Below, piece after piece: positions 8,559 to 18,268 of a stretch of DNA of 32,000 bases; the first letter of the stretch is position 1, and each line of letters opens with the position of its first letter. The translations under genes were made by a program, and so were the position numbers. Origin of the DNA: Thermodesulfobacterium commune DSM 2178 (GTDB taxonomy: Bacteria; Desulfobacterota; Thermodesulfobacteria; Thermodesulfobacteriales; Thermodesulfobacteriaceae). The notes under the pieces are model-generated. The model was not told the DNA's origin and made no database searches. It saw only the letters and a list, made by a program, of their open reading frames with translations. Where the stretch lies: contig NZ_CP008796.1 of NCBI RefSeq assembly GCF_000734015.1, forward strand, positions 690,001 to 722,000, read 5' to 3'.

Positions 8559-11500
8559 ATGAAAGCCATAAGAATAGAAGTAGCGGTTAAACCTGAAATT
8601 AAAGACGTTTTTGGTCTAAAAGTCCAAAAAAAGATAACTACAGATCTTAATCTTGAGGTTGAAGCTGTTAAATTTATCAAAGTATATTTAGTAGAAGGGA
8701 ATTTTTCCCTTGATGTTTTAGAAAAATTTGCCCAGTCTGCCCTTTGCGATCCGGTAATTCAAATTTACACTCTTAACCATCCAATAGGGTTAAAGCTCCA
8801 GTATGATTTTGATTGGGCTTTAGAAATCGGTTACAGACCAGGAGTTACAGATAACGAAGGGAAAACAGCAGAAGAAGCCCTGTCTTACCTTCTTGAAAGA
8901 CCTTTAGATTCGCAAAAAGAAGGGGTTTATTTCGCTAAACAATTCTTAATTAAAGGGAAACTTTCGAAGGAAGCCATAGAAAAAATTGCTAAAGAACTTT
9001 TGGCTAATGAACTTATAGAAAGATGGTTTATTCTTTCTAAAGAAGAATTTTTAGAAAAAAATGGATTTACTTATCCTGTTCCAAGAGTCACAGAGTATTT
9101 TCCTCCTTTAGTTGACACTTTTGACTTAAAATCTTTTTCAGATGAAGAATTATTAAATCTTTCCAAGCAAAGACTTTTAGCCTTAAATTTAGAAGAAATG
9201 AAAAAGATCCAAAGTTTTTTTTCTGATCCGGAGTTCATCCAAAAAAGAAAGGAAGTTGGGCTGAACGAAGAGATTACTGACGTTGAGTTGGAAAGTCTTG
9301 CTCAAACCTGGTCTGAACATTGCAAACATAAAATTTTTAACGCCAAAATTTTTTATAAAGATTGGGATACCGGAGAAGAAAAAGAGATTGATAGCCTATT
9401 TAAAACCTATATCAAAGCTTCAACCGAAGAAATTCGGAAAGAAAAAGGAGAAAAAGACTTTTGTTTATCTGTTTTTGTAGATAACGCTGGCGTTATAAAA
9501 CTTGATGAAAACTGGGCTTTGGCTTTTAAAGTAGAGACCCATAACAGCCCTTCAGCCCTTGACCCTTACGGTGGAGCTTTAACAGGAATAGTAGGAGTAA
9601 ACAGAGATCCTTTGGGTACAGGAATGGGAGCTAAACTCATCTTTAACACCGATGTCTTTTGTTTTGCTCCACCTAATTGGGACAAGCCTTTACCTCCACG
9701 GGTACTCCATCCCAAAAGAATTTTTGAAGGAGTAAGAGAAGGTGTCGAACATGGTGGAAATCAAAGTGGTATCCCTACGATAAACGGTTCTATTGTTTTT
9801 GATCCAAGATATATAGGTAAACCTCTGGTTTATTGCGGAACCGGTGGACTTTTACCTTTATATCTAAACGACAAACCTTCTTGGAAAAAAAAGGCTAACC
9901 CAAATGATTTAGTAGTGATGATAGGTGGGAAGATAGGTAAAGATGGGATTCACGGTGCTACTTTTTCTTCAGAAGCTTTACATGAAGGTTCTCCAGCCAC
10001 CGCTGTACAAATAGGTGATCCTATTACCCAAAAAAAATTGGTTGATTTTATCTTAAAGGCACGGGATGAAGGTCTTTACAATTCTATAACTGACAATGGT
10101 GCTGGAGGTTTATCCTCATCAGTGGGAGAGATGGCTAAAGAAGCTGGTGGGGCTGAAATAGATTTAGCGAAAGCTCCTTTAAAATATCCTGGTTTAAGAC
10201 CTTGGGAGATTTTAGTTTCAGAAAGTCAGGAAAGAATGACCTTAGCTGTTCCCCCAGAGAAAATCGAAAGATTTTTAGAATTAGCTGAAAAGATGGGAGT
10301 TTTAGCCACAGTTTTAGGAAGGTTTAACGATTCTGGTTACTTTCATGTAAAGTATCAAGAAAAAACAGTAGCCTTGTTACCTTTAGAGTTTTTACATGAG
10401 GGGGTGCCGCAACTTAAACTTTTTGCGGAATGGAAGGCTCCTCAATATCCGGAAAAGTTAAATTTTGAACCTCCTAAAGATTATGGAGAAGTTCTTAAAA
10501 ATCTTTTAAGTTCTTACAACATCTGTTCTAAAGAATACGTAGTCAGGCAGTATGACCATGAGGTACAAGGAGGTAGTGTTATCAAGCCTTTAGTAGGAGT
10601 TGAAAATGACGGTCCAAGTGATGCTGCTGTACTTCGTTATGATTTAAACTCTGAACGGGGAATAGTAGTCTCTCATGGAATATGTCCCAAGTTTTCAGAT
10701 TATGATACTTACTGGATGGTAGCTAATGCCATAGATGAAGCTATAAGAAATGCGGTATGTGTGGGAGCTGACTTAGAACATATGGCAGGTCTTGACAACT
10801 TCTGCTGGTGTGACCCTATAGAAGGAGAAAAAAATCCTGACGGAAGGTATAAATTGGCTCAGTTAGTAAGGGCGAATATGGCTCTCTATGATTTTACTAA
10901 AGCTTATGGAGTCCCTTGTATTTCAGGTAAAGACTCTATGAAAAACGATTACCTAATGAATGTGGGGTTAAAACCAAATGAACCTAATCCTTATGGTGTA
11001 GGAGTAGTTCTTCCAGATGGAACCCTTAAGATTTCCATACCCCCTACTCTGCTCTTTTCTGTAGTAGCTACTATTCCTAACGTTAGATTAGCCCAAACGA
11101 TGGAAGTGAAAGCTCCGGGAGATTTGGTCTACCTTTTAGGAATAACCAAAGAAGAAGTTGCTGGGTCAGAGTACTTGAGTCTACTCGGACTAAAAGGAGG
11201 GGTCGTCCCCAAGCCTAATGCCTACCTTAACAAAAAACTCTACCTAAGACTAAGAGATGCTATTTATTCAGGGTTTGTTTCTTCTGCCCATGATGTTTCA
11301 GACGGAGGTTTAGCGGTATGTCTTGCGGAAAAGGCCTTTTCTGGTGGTTTCGGCCTCTTTATAGACTTAACAGCTGTGCCTTATGAAGGAGAAAAAAGAG
11401 AGGATTTTATTTTATTTTCTGAAAGTGCGGGGAGGATAGTGGTAACAGTAAAGAAGGAAAAAGCTAAAGATTTTGAAGCTTTGATGAGAGATGTCCCTTG

Positions 11501-11627
11501 TTCTTTGATAGGCGAAACCATCGAAGAACCTTACTTAGTGATAAAAGGTTTTGAAGAAAAGGTGTTAATAAAAGAGCCCTTAAAAGGACTTAAAGAAGCC
11601 TGGCAGAAACCTTTTAAAGATTGGTAA
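8559..11627 (+). CDS. purL: Phosphoribosylformylglycinamidine synthase, PurS-like N-terminal domain fused to PurL (no glutaminase domain)
   Basis: The PurL core has HCKHKIF, ETHNSPSALDPYGGA, ITDNGAGGLSS and ESQERM. The N-terminus MKAIRIEVAVKPEIKD looks like a PurS start. The ORF track starts at 8541. I prefer the ATG at 8559 because TTGAAA-17-TGaTATATT (8522-8550) overlaps 8541. Confidence 0.88.
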   Translation: MKAIRIEVAVKPEIKDVFGLKVQKKITTDLNLEVEAVKFIKVYLVEGNFSLDVLEKFAQSALCDPVIQIYTLNHPIGLKLQYDFDWALEIGYRPGVTDNEGKTAEEALSYLLERPLDSQKEGVYFAKQFLIKGKLSKEAIEKIAKELLANELIERWFILSKEEFLEKNGFTYPVPRVTEYFPPLVDTFDLKSFSDEELLNLSKQRLLALNLEEMKKIQSFFSDPEFIQKRKEVGLNEEITDVELESLAQTWSEHCKHKIFNAKIFYKDWDTGEEKEIDSLFKTYIKASTEEIRKEKGEKDFCLSVFVDNAGVIKLDENWALAFKVETHNSPSALDPYGGALTGIVGVNRDPLGTGMGAKLIFNTDVFCFAPPNWDKPLPPRVLHPKRIFEGVREGVEHGGNQSGIPTINGSIVFDPRYIGKPLVYCGTGGLLPLYLNDKPSWKKKANPNDLVVMIGGKIGKDGIHGATFSSEALHEGSPATAVQIGDPITQKKLVDFILKARDEGLYNSITDNGAGGLSSSVGEMAKEAGGAEIDLAKAPLKYPGLRPWEILVSESQERMTLAVPPEKIERFLELAEKMGVLATVLGRFNDSGYFHVKYQEKTVALLPLEFLHEGVPQLKLFAEWKAPQYPEKLNFEPPKDYGEVLKNLLSSYNICSKEYVVRQYDHEVQGGSVIKPLVGVENDGPSDAAVLRYDLNSERGIVVSHGICPKFSDYDTYWMVANAIDEAIRNAVCVGADLEHMAGLDNFCWCDPIEGEKNPDGRYKLAQLVRANMALYDFTKAYGVPCISGKDSMKNDYLMNVGLKPNEPNPYGVGVVLPDGTLKISIPPTLLFSVVATIPNVRLAQTMEVKAPGDLVYLLGITKEEVAGSEYLSLLGLKGGVVPKPNAYLNKKLYLRLRDAIYSGFVSSAHDVSDGGLAVCLAEKAFSGGFGLFIDLTAVPYEGEKREDFILFSESAGRIVVTVKKEKAKDFEALMRDVPCSLIGETIEEPYLVIKGFEEKVLIKEPLKGLKEAWQKPFKDW

Positions 11628-11642
11628 GAAGAGGTAAATAAC

Positions 11643-12968
11643 ATGCCTCTAAAAGTTTTTTCTTATCCTTCTAAAAGAGCTGAAACATATCTCAATAAGC
11701 TTTTAAACCGGGTAGAAACCTTTCCTGCTAAAAAAGAAAAATATGTAAAGTCTATAGGAGATAAGGTAAAAAAGTTTGGAGATAAAGCCCTTTTAGAATA
11801 TACTCTACTCTTTGATAAAGTATCTCTAACTACTTCAGACCTTAGGGTAAAAGAAACAGAGATAGAAAAGGCTTACCGGGAAGTATCTGAAGAACTTGTC
11901 AGTGCCATCAGGCTTGCGGTAGAAAAGGTTAAACGTTTCCATGGTCAGCATTTACCTACTTCTTGGTTTATTAAGCAGGAAAAAGAGGTACTTCTTGGCC
12001 AGTTGGTTACTCCGGTAGAGGCAGCAGGAATTTATATACCTGGAGGTACTTCAGGAGAAACCCCACTAATTTCTACCGTGGTGATGACAGCAGTTCCTGC
12101 AAAGCTTGCCGGGGTAAAAAAAGTGGTTATGGTATCTCCTCCTCGAAAGGATGGAAGCTTACATCCAGGGCTTCTTGTTGCAGCTAAAGAAGCGGGAGTA
12201 GACGAAATTTATAAAGTAGGTGGCCCTTGGTCTATTTTTGGATTGGCCTATGGAACAGAAACTTTACCCAAGGTTGACGTCATCTGTGGTCCAGGTAATA
12301 TCTATGTTACTATCGCTAAAAAACTAGTCTCTTCTCAAGTAGGTATCGATATATTAGCAGGCCCAAGTGAAGTTTTAATAATAGCAGACGAAACCGCTAA
12401 TCCTGAGTTTGTGGTTTGGGATTTACTTGCCCAGGCTGAGCACGACCCTATGAGTCTTGCTGTGCTGGTTACCACCTCTTCTTCTCTGATAAAAGAACTT
12501 AAAAAACTTCTTCCTTTGGCTCTAAAGAAAGGATTAAGAAGTGAGATAGCAGAAAAAGCCCTAAAACAAAGAGGTGCAGTTTTTAAAGTAAGAACACTAG
12601 AAGAAGCTTTTTATCTTGCTAATATTATCGCTCCTGAACATTTAGAGTTGATGATAGAAAACCCTATGGATCATCTTTTTAAGGTAAAAAATGCCGGGGC
12701 GGTGTTTTTAGGTGCCTTTACCCCAGAAGCTATAGGAGATTATATAGCGGGACCTAATCATGTTTTACCGACTATGGGGCTTGCCAGGTTTTCTTCTTCT
12801 CTTTCTCCAGAAAAGTTTCTTAAAAAAATAAACTTTATCCAGTATTCAAAAGAGGCATTGGTTGATGAGGCATCTAAGGTCATTCTTCTTGCTGAGACAG
12901 AAAACCTTCCCTCTCATGCTGAAGCTATTAGGGTTAGAATAAAAACTCTAAAAGGGGAAGACCTATGA
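11643..12968 (+). CDS. hisD: Histidinol dehydrogenase
   Basis: QAEHDP, PEHLEL and GDYIAGPNHVLPT motifs; 441 aa. It starts 15 nt after purL. Confidence 0.95.
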   Translation: MPLKVFSYPSKRAETYLNKLLNRVETFPAKKEKYVKSIGDKVKKFGDKALLEYTLLFDKVSLTTSDLRVKETEIEKAYREVSEELVSAIRLAVEKVKRFHGQHLPTSWFIKQEKEVLLGQLVTPVEAAGIYIPGGTSGETPLISTVVMTAVPAKLAGVKKVVMVSPPRKDGSLHPGLLVAAKEAGVDEIYKVGGPWSIFGLAYGTETLPKVDVICGPGNIYVTIAKKLVSSQVGIDILAGPSEVLIIADETANPEFVVWDLLAQAEHDPMSLAVLVTTSSSLIKELKKLLPLALKKGLRSEIAEKALKQRGAVFKVRTLEEAFYLANIIAPEHLELMIENPMDHLFKVKNAGAVFLGAFTPEAIGDYIAGPNHVLPTMGLARFSSSLSPEKFLKKINFIQYSKEALVDEASKVILLAETENLPSHAEAIRVRIKTLKGEDL

Positions 12969-14311
12969 AAAACCCTTTCTGTTATTATGAATTCTTAGAA
13001 GAAATCACTGAAGAAGTTTCTACCGAGATAGAAACCTTAGGTCCTTGCAAAATACCCAACCCAATGCCACTTTCTCCCTCTTGTTTTGTAGAGGATAACA
13101 CTAGAATAATCCTAAGGCTTAACGTAGACTATTTAAAAGCTCAACTAACGCAAGAAAAACCTGTCATTTCTTTAGAGGTAGCTGGACCAAGACCTTATAT
13201 CTATTTTGATCCGTCTAAATTAAAGGTAGGCATAGTAACCTGTGGAGGGTTATGTCCTGGGATTAACGATGTAATCAGGTCTTTAGTTATGACTTTGTAT
13301 TATTCTTATGGAGTGGATAGAATCTTAGGCTTTAAGTATGGACTTCAAGGTTTTATCCCAAGGTATGGACATGAAGTAATAGAGCTTTCTCCAGAAAAGG
13401 TAAAAGATATCCATTCGATGGGAGGGACCTTTCTTGGCACCTCAAGAGGGCATCAACCTATCGAAGAGATAGTTGACACCCTTGAAAGGTTAAACATCAA
13501 CCTTTTATTTATGATAGGAGGAGATGGGACTTTTAGAGCAGCTAACAAAATTAAAGAAGAGATAGATAGGAGAGGAGTAAAAATAGGAATTGTTTGTGTT
13601 CCTAAAACGATAGACAACGATATCTGGTTAGTTTCAAAAACTTTTGGTTTTAATACCGCGGTAGAAATGGCCTGTTATGCTATTAGATGTGCTCATACAG
13701 AAGCTATAGGAGTACCTTATGGGATCGGCTTGGTAAAACTTATGGGTAGGCATTCAGGGTTTATCGCTGCTGCAGCAACTTTAGCTACCAGAGAAGTCAA
13801 CTTTTGTCTTATTCCAGAGATGGATTTTGATTTGGAAGGGCCTCAGGGACTTCTTTGTAAGTTAGAAAAAAGATTGTTAGCAAGAAAACATGCGGTTATA
13901 GTGGTAGCTGAAGGTGCTGGGCAAAAATATGTACAAAAGGATCCCCCTGAATATGATGCCTCAGGTAATCTAAAATTAGGAGATATAGGCAAGTTTTTAA
14001 AAGAAAAAATTGAGGAATATTTTAAGCAAAAAGGTCTTCCTGTGGTTATACGTTACATAGACCCAAGTTATATCATAAGAAGTGTTCCTGCCAACGCAGA
14101 AGACAGAATTTTTTGTGGATTTTTAGCTCAGTATGCAGTTCATGCCGGAATGGCAGGAAAAACCGGTCTTATGATAAGCTATCTCAACGACCAGTTTGTC
14201 CATATACCTATAAAAGAGGCGATTAAAAAACGAAAACAGGTAAATCTTTATGGCCGATTCTGGCTTTCGGTTTTAGAATCTACAGGACAGGGTACACTAA
14301 AAAATAGCTGA
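12965..14311 (+). CDS. pfk: 6-phosphofructokinase, long (group III-like) form; the phosphoryl donor is not assignable from sequence
   Basis: TCGGLCPGINDVIR, MIGGDGT and PKTIDNDI motifs. ATGA overlap with hisD. Confidence 0.88.
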   Translation: MKNPFCYYEFLEEITEEVSTEIETLGPCKIPNPMPLSPSCFVEDNTRIILRLNVDYLKAQLTQEKPVISLEVAGPRPYIYFDPSKLKVGIVTCGGLCPGINDVIRSLVMTLYYSYGVDRILGFKYGLQGFIPRYGHEVIELSPEKVKDIHSMGGTFLGTSRGHQPIEEIVDTLERLNINLLFMIGGDGTFRAANKIKEEIDRRGVKIGIVCVPKTIDNDIWLVSKTFGFNTAVEMACYAIRCAHTEAIGVPYGIGLVKLMGRHSGFIAAAATLATREVNFCLIPEMDFDLEGPQGLLCKLEKRLLARKHAVIVVAEGAGQKYVQKDPPEYDASGNLKLGDIGKFLKEKIEEYFKQKGLPVVIRYIDPSYIIRSVPANAEDRIFCGFLAQYAVHAGMAGKTGLMISYLNDQFVHIPIKEAIKKRKQVNLYGRFWLSVLESTGQGTLKNS

Positions 14312-16158
14312 TGAAAAGGGCTCAAAAATTAGTTTTAGTTATCTTTTCTTTTTTAATTCTTTTAACTTCTGTGGTAGCGATTGAAAAACTTTATCCAAAA
14401 TACGAGCTTCTTACTTACAGCGAGTTTAAAACCTTAGTAAGGTTGGGATTGGTTGACAATCTTACCTTAAAAAAACATGAAATTACAGGAATTTTTCGTG
14501 AACAAGCTGCAGAGAAACTTTATGAACTAAGAAACAAACCGGTAAAAATTTCTAACTCATTTAAAGTTTATCGAGCAGAAGACCCTGACCTTTTAAAACT
14601 TCTTGAAGAAAAGGGAATCAGATATCAGGTTAAACCTGAGAGCAACCATTGGATTGGGTTATTTTCCTGGTTAATACCGTTGATAATACTTATTGGCTTT
14701 TGGCTTTTCCTTTTTAAAAAGTTTACGTCGTCAGATGGAGGTATCATAAGTTTTGGTAAAAGTAAAGCTAAAATCTATGTAGAAGACGAAATACAAGTAA
14801 CCTTTAAGGACGTGGCTGGGGTTGATGAAGCTGTAGAAGAACTAAAAGAAATCATAGAGTTTTTGAAACATCCTGAAAGGTTTACCAAGCTTGGAGCCAA
14901 AATTCCGAAAGGAGTATTACTGGTAGGTCCTCCTGGTACAGGTAAAACCCTTCTTGCAAGAGCTGTAGCAGGTGAAGCAGGAGTTCCCTTTATTTCTATT
15001 TCAGGGTCTTCTTTTGTAGAAATGTTTGTGGGAGTAGGAGCTGCCAGGGTGAGAGACCTTTTTTCTCAAGCAGAAAAAATGGCTCCTTGTATCATTTTTA
15101 TAGACGAAATAGATGCAGTTGGAAGGGTTAGAGGGGTCTCTGCTACAGGAGGTACTGAAGAAAGAGAGCACACCCTGACCCAGCTTCTTACCGAAATGGA
15201 TGGGTTTGACCCAAAAAAAGGAGTCATCATCATCGCAGCTACCAACCGTCCTGAAATCTTAGACCCTGCCCTTCTTCGTCCAGGAAGGTTTGACAGGGTG
15301 GTTGTGGTTGATAGACCTGATTTAAAGGGGAGAGAAGAAATCCTTAGGTTGCATTGCCAAAACATACCTCTTGGTCAAGATGTAGACTTAAAGGTTATTG
15401 CTGCAAGAACACCTGGTATGGTGGGAGCAGATCTTGCTAATGTTGTAAACGAAGCAGCTTTGCTTGCTGCAAGAAAGGGTAAAAATTATGTTGAGATGGA
15501 AGACTTTGAGGAAGCTATCGATAGAGTAATAGCAGGCCTTGCTAAGAAAAACCGTTATATCTCCCACGAAGAAAAAACCAGAATAGCCTATCATGAAGCA
15601 GGACATGCGGTGGTAGCCTCGGTGTTAACACCCCAGGAAAAGGTGCACAGGATTTCTATCATCCCAAGAGGTATTTCTGCCTTAGGCTACACCTTGCAAC
15701 TTCCTACCGAAGAAAGATATTTGATGACCAAAACTGAACTTTTAGCCAAAATCTCTGTACTTTTAGGTGGTAGGGCTGCCGAAGAATTAGTTTTTAAAGA
15801 GGTATCTACAGGAGCTCAAAACGATTTAGAAAGAGCTACCGAAATAGCAAGAGCTATGGTCATGGATTACGGAATGAGTGACATCTTAGGACCGCAAACC
15901 TTTAGAAAAAGAGAACATCTGTTTTTGGATGTTCCTTTTAAAGAGAGAGAAATGGTTTCTGAACAAATAGCCTCTCTTATAGACCAAGAAATAAGTCAAA
16001 CCCTAAAAACTTGTTATGAAACCTCTACCAGAATCCTTTCCGAAAGAATAGAAATTTTAGAAACTATTGTTAAGATTTTAATGGAAAAAGAAGTTTTAGA
16101 AGGGGAAGAACTGGAAAAATTGCTTTATCAAAATCCAAAAGGAGGAAACAGTCGATGA
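14311..16158 (+). CDS. ftsH: ATP-dependent zinc metalloprotease FtsH
   Basis: Two N-terminal TM segments, Walker A GPPGTGKT, Walker B IIFIDEID, an SRH region and zinc site HEAGHA. TGATG overlap with pfk. Confidence 0.95.
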   Translation: MKRAQKLVLVIFSFLILLTSVVAIEKLYPKYELLTYSEFKTLVRLGLVDNLTLKKHEITGIFREQAAEKLYELRNKPVKISNSFKVYRAEDPDLLKLLEEKGIRYQVKPESNHWIGLFSWLIPLIILIGFWLFLFKKFTSSDGGIISFGKSKAKIYVEDEIQVTFKDVAGVDEAVEELKEIIEFLKHPERFTKLGAKIPKGVLLVGPPGTGKTLLARAVAGEAGVPFISISGSSFVEMFVGVGAARVRDLFSQAEKMAPCIIFIDEIDAVGRVRGVSATGGTEEREHTLTQLLTEMDGFDPKKGVIIIAATNRPEILDPALLRPGRFDRVVVVDRPDLKGREEILRLHCQNIPLGQDVDLKVIAARTPGMVGADLANVVNEAALLAARKGKNYVEMEDFEEAIDRVIAGLAKKNRYISHEEKTRIAYHEAGHAVVASVLTPQEKVHRISIIPRGISALGYTLQLPTEERYLMTKTELLAKISVLLGGRAAEELVFKEVSTGAQNDLERATEIARAMVMDYGMSDILGPQTFRKREHLFLDVPFKEREMVSEQIASLIDQEISQTLKTCYETSTRILSERIEILETIVKILMEKEVLEGEELEKLLYQNPKGGNSR

Positions 16159-17816
16159 AGGTCATATTTAAAGTCTTAATATTAGTCTTTTTTATTTTTT
16201 CAACCCATCAACTCAGTTTTAGCAGTCTACCCCCTGAGGTTTATGAACAGGTCAAAAAAGACTTCTCTCCTCTTTCTGGATTACTTATCGGTATAGAAGA
16301 TAGAGAACTTATAATCGATAAAGGTTTGGTGCAAGGAGTTAAAAATAAAGATATTTTTACGGTTTATAAAAGAGGAAAAAAGATCGTTCACCCTGAAACT
16401 CAAAAAACCCTTGGATATCTAAAAGAACCGGTAGCTAAAATAGAAGTTGTCAGAACAGACGAAAACTTTGCCATGGCAAAAGTTATCTATCAAAAAGAGC
16501 CTTTAACCGTTCCTATGCCGATTACCAGGTATGCAGACCTAAAAATCCTTGTTATCGTTGAACATACCAACCCAAACGAAAACCTCTTTTTAACCTTAAA
16601 AAACAACCTTCCAGACTGTACTATTATTTTCGACCCTAACCTTAGATTTAGCCAAATAACCCCTGAGTATTTATTAGCTGAAAAGTTTGACCTTCTCTTT
16701 GTAGAAGAAGAAAACACCATAAAGGTATATAACTCAAAGTTAGACCTTATAAGATACTATGGAGGACTTTCTTATTCAAAGGTATCTACCTCAACTTACC
16801 TTAGACCTTCTCAAACCAAAGTAGAACCTAAACCCTTAGGTGAAACACAACCCTCCCTTATAGGTAAGACTAAGGGGGAGGTAGTACAAGCTGAGTTTAC
16901 AGATATAGACAACGACGGAATTCAAGAAATGATTTATTTTAATTCCCAAGGGCTTTTTATCGTCAAACTAAAAGGAGGGCTTTTAGCCTATTACAAACCT
17001 TCTTCAGGAAAGATAGTAAATTTTTCAGTAGGACCAAATGGTTGGATCGCTTTAAACGTGTATGACGATAGAGTTGGGATGAAAAGTGAAATTTTACATT
17101 ACACCAATCAAGGACTTAACCCAGTGATAACCAACATCAACCTGATTTTAAACTTTGTAGATTATACTGCAAGAGGAATTAAAGATACCCTTTTAGGACA
17201 AACCTTTGACCCAGAAACCTTTTTCGGAAAAGAAGTATTTATTCTAAAAAGAGAAAACAACCAGCTTATCTATGCCCACAAACTTAACCTTTTTGAAGGA
17301 TATCAAAACATAGGAACTAGCTTTGTAGATTTTGATCAGGACGGACAACCTGAGATTTTAACCTACTTAGATGACGGAAGATTAGGGGTGTATAAAAACA
17401 ATCAACTTCAATGGACTTCTCCTTATGCTATAGCCCAACACTTTTATGAAGTAAGACTTATAAAGGGGAAAAAGGGACAAGAAGTAGTTAAAAAAGTGAT
17501 ATTACCCTTTGTTTCACCTCTGGTTCAGTATGCTAACGGCAAAACCTTTGTATTTTTTGCTTCAACAGAGTTTCCTTTAAACACCGTTAAAAAAGAATTA
17601 AAATATCTTCCTTTAGATAGCGCTACTTCTCAGATTTTTGTCTTAGGGTTTGAAGGAAACTATTATTATAGAAACCTTACTTCTGCTCAGAGAGGATTTA
17701 TTACCGGAATTGGTTACGATAATAGCCTTCTTTATTTTACAGTAGTAAGAGGAAAATATCCTGTGGATACAGAGACAGAGCTTTATAGCCTTATTTTAGG
17801 AAGGTCTTCTTTTTAG
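16155..17816 (+). CDS. Secreted protein of unknown function with FG-GAP/VCBS-like Asp-rich loops
   Basis: Signal peptide [23 protein letters not shown]. Loops FTDIDNDGIQEM and FVDFDQDGQPEI. ATGA overlap with the ftsH stop. Confidence 0.7.
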   Translation: MKVIFKVLILVFFIFSTHQLSFSSLPPEVYEQVKKDFSPLSGLLIGIEDRELIIDKGLVQGVKNKDIFTVYKRGKKIVHPETQKTLGYLKEPVAKIEVVRTDENFAMAKVIYQKEPLTVPMPITRYADLKILVIVEHTNPNENLFLTLKNNLPDCTIIFDPNLRFSQITPEYLLAEKFDLLFVEEENTIKVYNSKLDLIRYYGGLSYSKVSTSTYLRPSQTKVEPKPLGETQPSLIGKTKGEVVQAEFTDIDNDGIQEMIYFNSQGLFIVKLKGGLLAYYKPSSGKIVNFSVGPNGWIALNVYDDRVGMKSEILHYTNQGLNPVITNINLILNFVDYTARGIKDTLLGQTFDPETFFGKEVFILKRENNQLIYAHKLNLFEGYQNIGTSFVDFDQDGQPEILTYLDDGRLGVYKNNQLQWTSPYAIAQHFYEVRLIKGKKGQEVVKKVILPFVSPLVQYANGKTFVFFASTEFPLNTVKKELKYLPLDSATSQIFVLGFEGNYYYRNLTSAQRGFITGIGYDNSLLYFTVVRGKYPVDTETELYSLILGRSSF

Positions 17817-17820
17817 GATT

Positions 17821-18192
17821 TTAAGGCTTTTCTACCGTTATGACGGTATGAACGTTCCCTCTGGGGTGAAAATCTCCTATTACTTTCAATTTTTTAGGTT
17901 CTAAAACCTTCCAGAGGGCATCAAAAATCTCGTTAGTAGCGGCTTCATGAGAGATGTAACGATTTCTGAACTTGTTAAGCCATAGTTTTAACGACCTAAG
18001 CTCAACAATTTTTTCATTAGGTACATATTCGATCTTGATTACCGCAAAATCTGGATATCCAGACCTGGGACAAAGGCAAGTAAACTCAGGGAAAGTGATG
18101 GTTATTGTATAATCCCTATCAGGATAGGGATTAGGCCAAGCTTCAAGTTCTGCTTGTTCTATGGCTAATTCACCATACTTTTTCTCACTCAT
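17821..18192 (-). CDS. queF: NADPH-dependent 7-cyano-7-deazaguanine (preQ0) reductase, type I
   Basis: [13 protein letters not shown] (catalytic Cys context), QueF motif ELRSLKLWL, and HPRG near the C-terminus; 123 aa. Confidence 0.9.
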   Translation of the reverse strand: MSEKKYGELAIEQAELEAWPNPYPDRDYTITITFPEFTCLCPRSGYPDFAVIKIEYVPNEKIVELRSLKLWLNKFRNRYISHEAATNEIFDALWKVLEPKKLKVIGDFHPRGNVHTVITVEKP

Positions 18193-18199
18193 GGGATTA

Positions 18200-18227
18200 A
18201 TTATAACATCTTAATAATTAATGCCAA
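18200..18227 (-). promoter_or_regulatory. Promoter TTGGCA-16 nt-TATAAT placed for a leaderless queF mRNA
   Basis: Minus-strand -35 at 18227-18222 and -10 at 18205-18200. Only 7 nt (TAATCCC, no SD) separate the -10 from the queF ATG at 18192. Confidence 0.45.
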
Positions 18228-18268
18228 GAGTGAAAACCTTTATTTTAGAAGAAACCTAAAAACTAAAC

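Noticed and set aside
8474-8680. 68-aa minus-strand ORF spanning the purSL start
   Set aside because: It overlaps the purSL promoter and N-terminus, and has no SD or recognisable motif.
9283-9480. 65-aa plus-strand ORF in an alternative frame inside purL
   Set aside because: It lies inside the conserved PurL core in another frame, and its Lys-rich translation has no signal of selection that I can see.
15066-15606. Minus-strand ORFs inside ftsH (15066-15365, 15388-15606), and similar ones at 16490-16720, 20667-21145, 26367-26865 and 30023-30766
   Set aside because: All are antisense to, or out of frame with, confidently identified genes and show no start signals.
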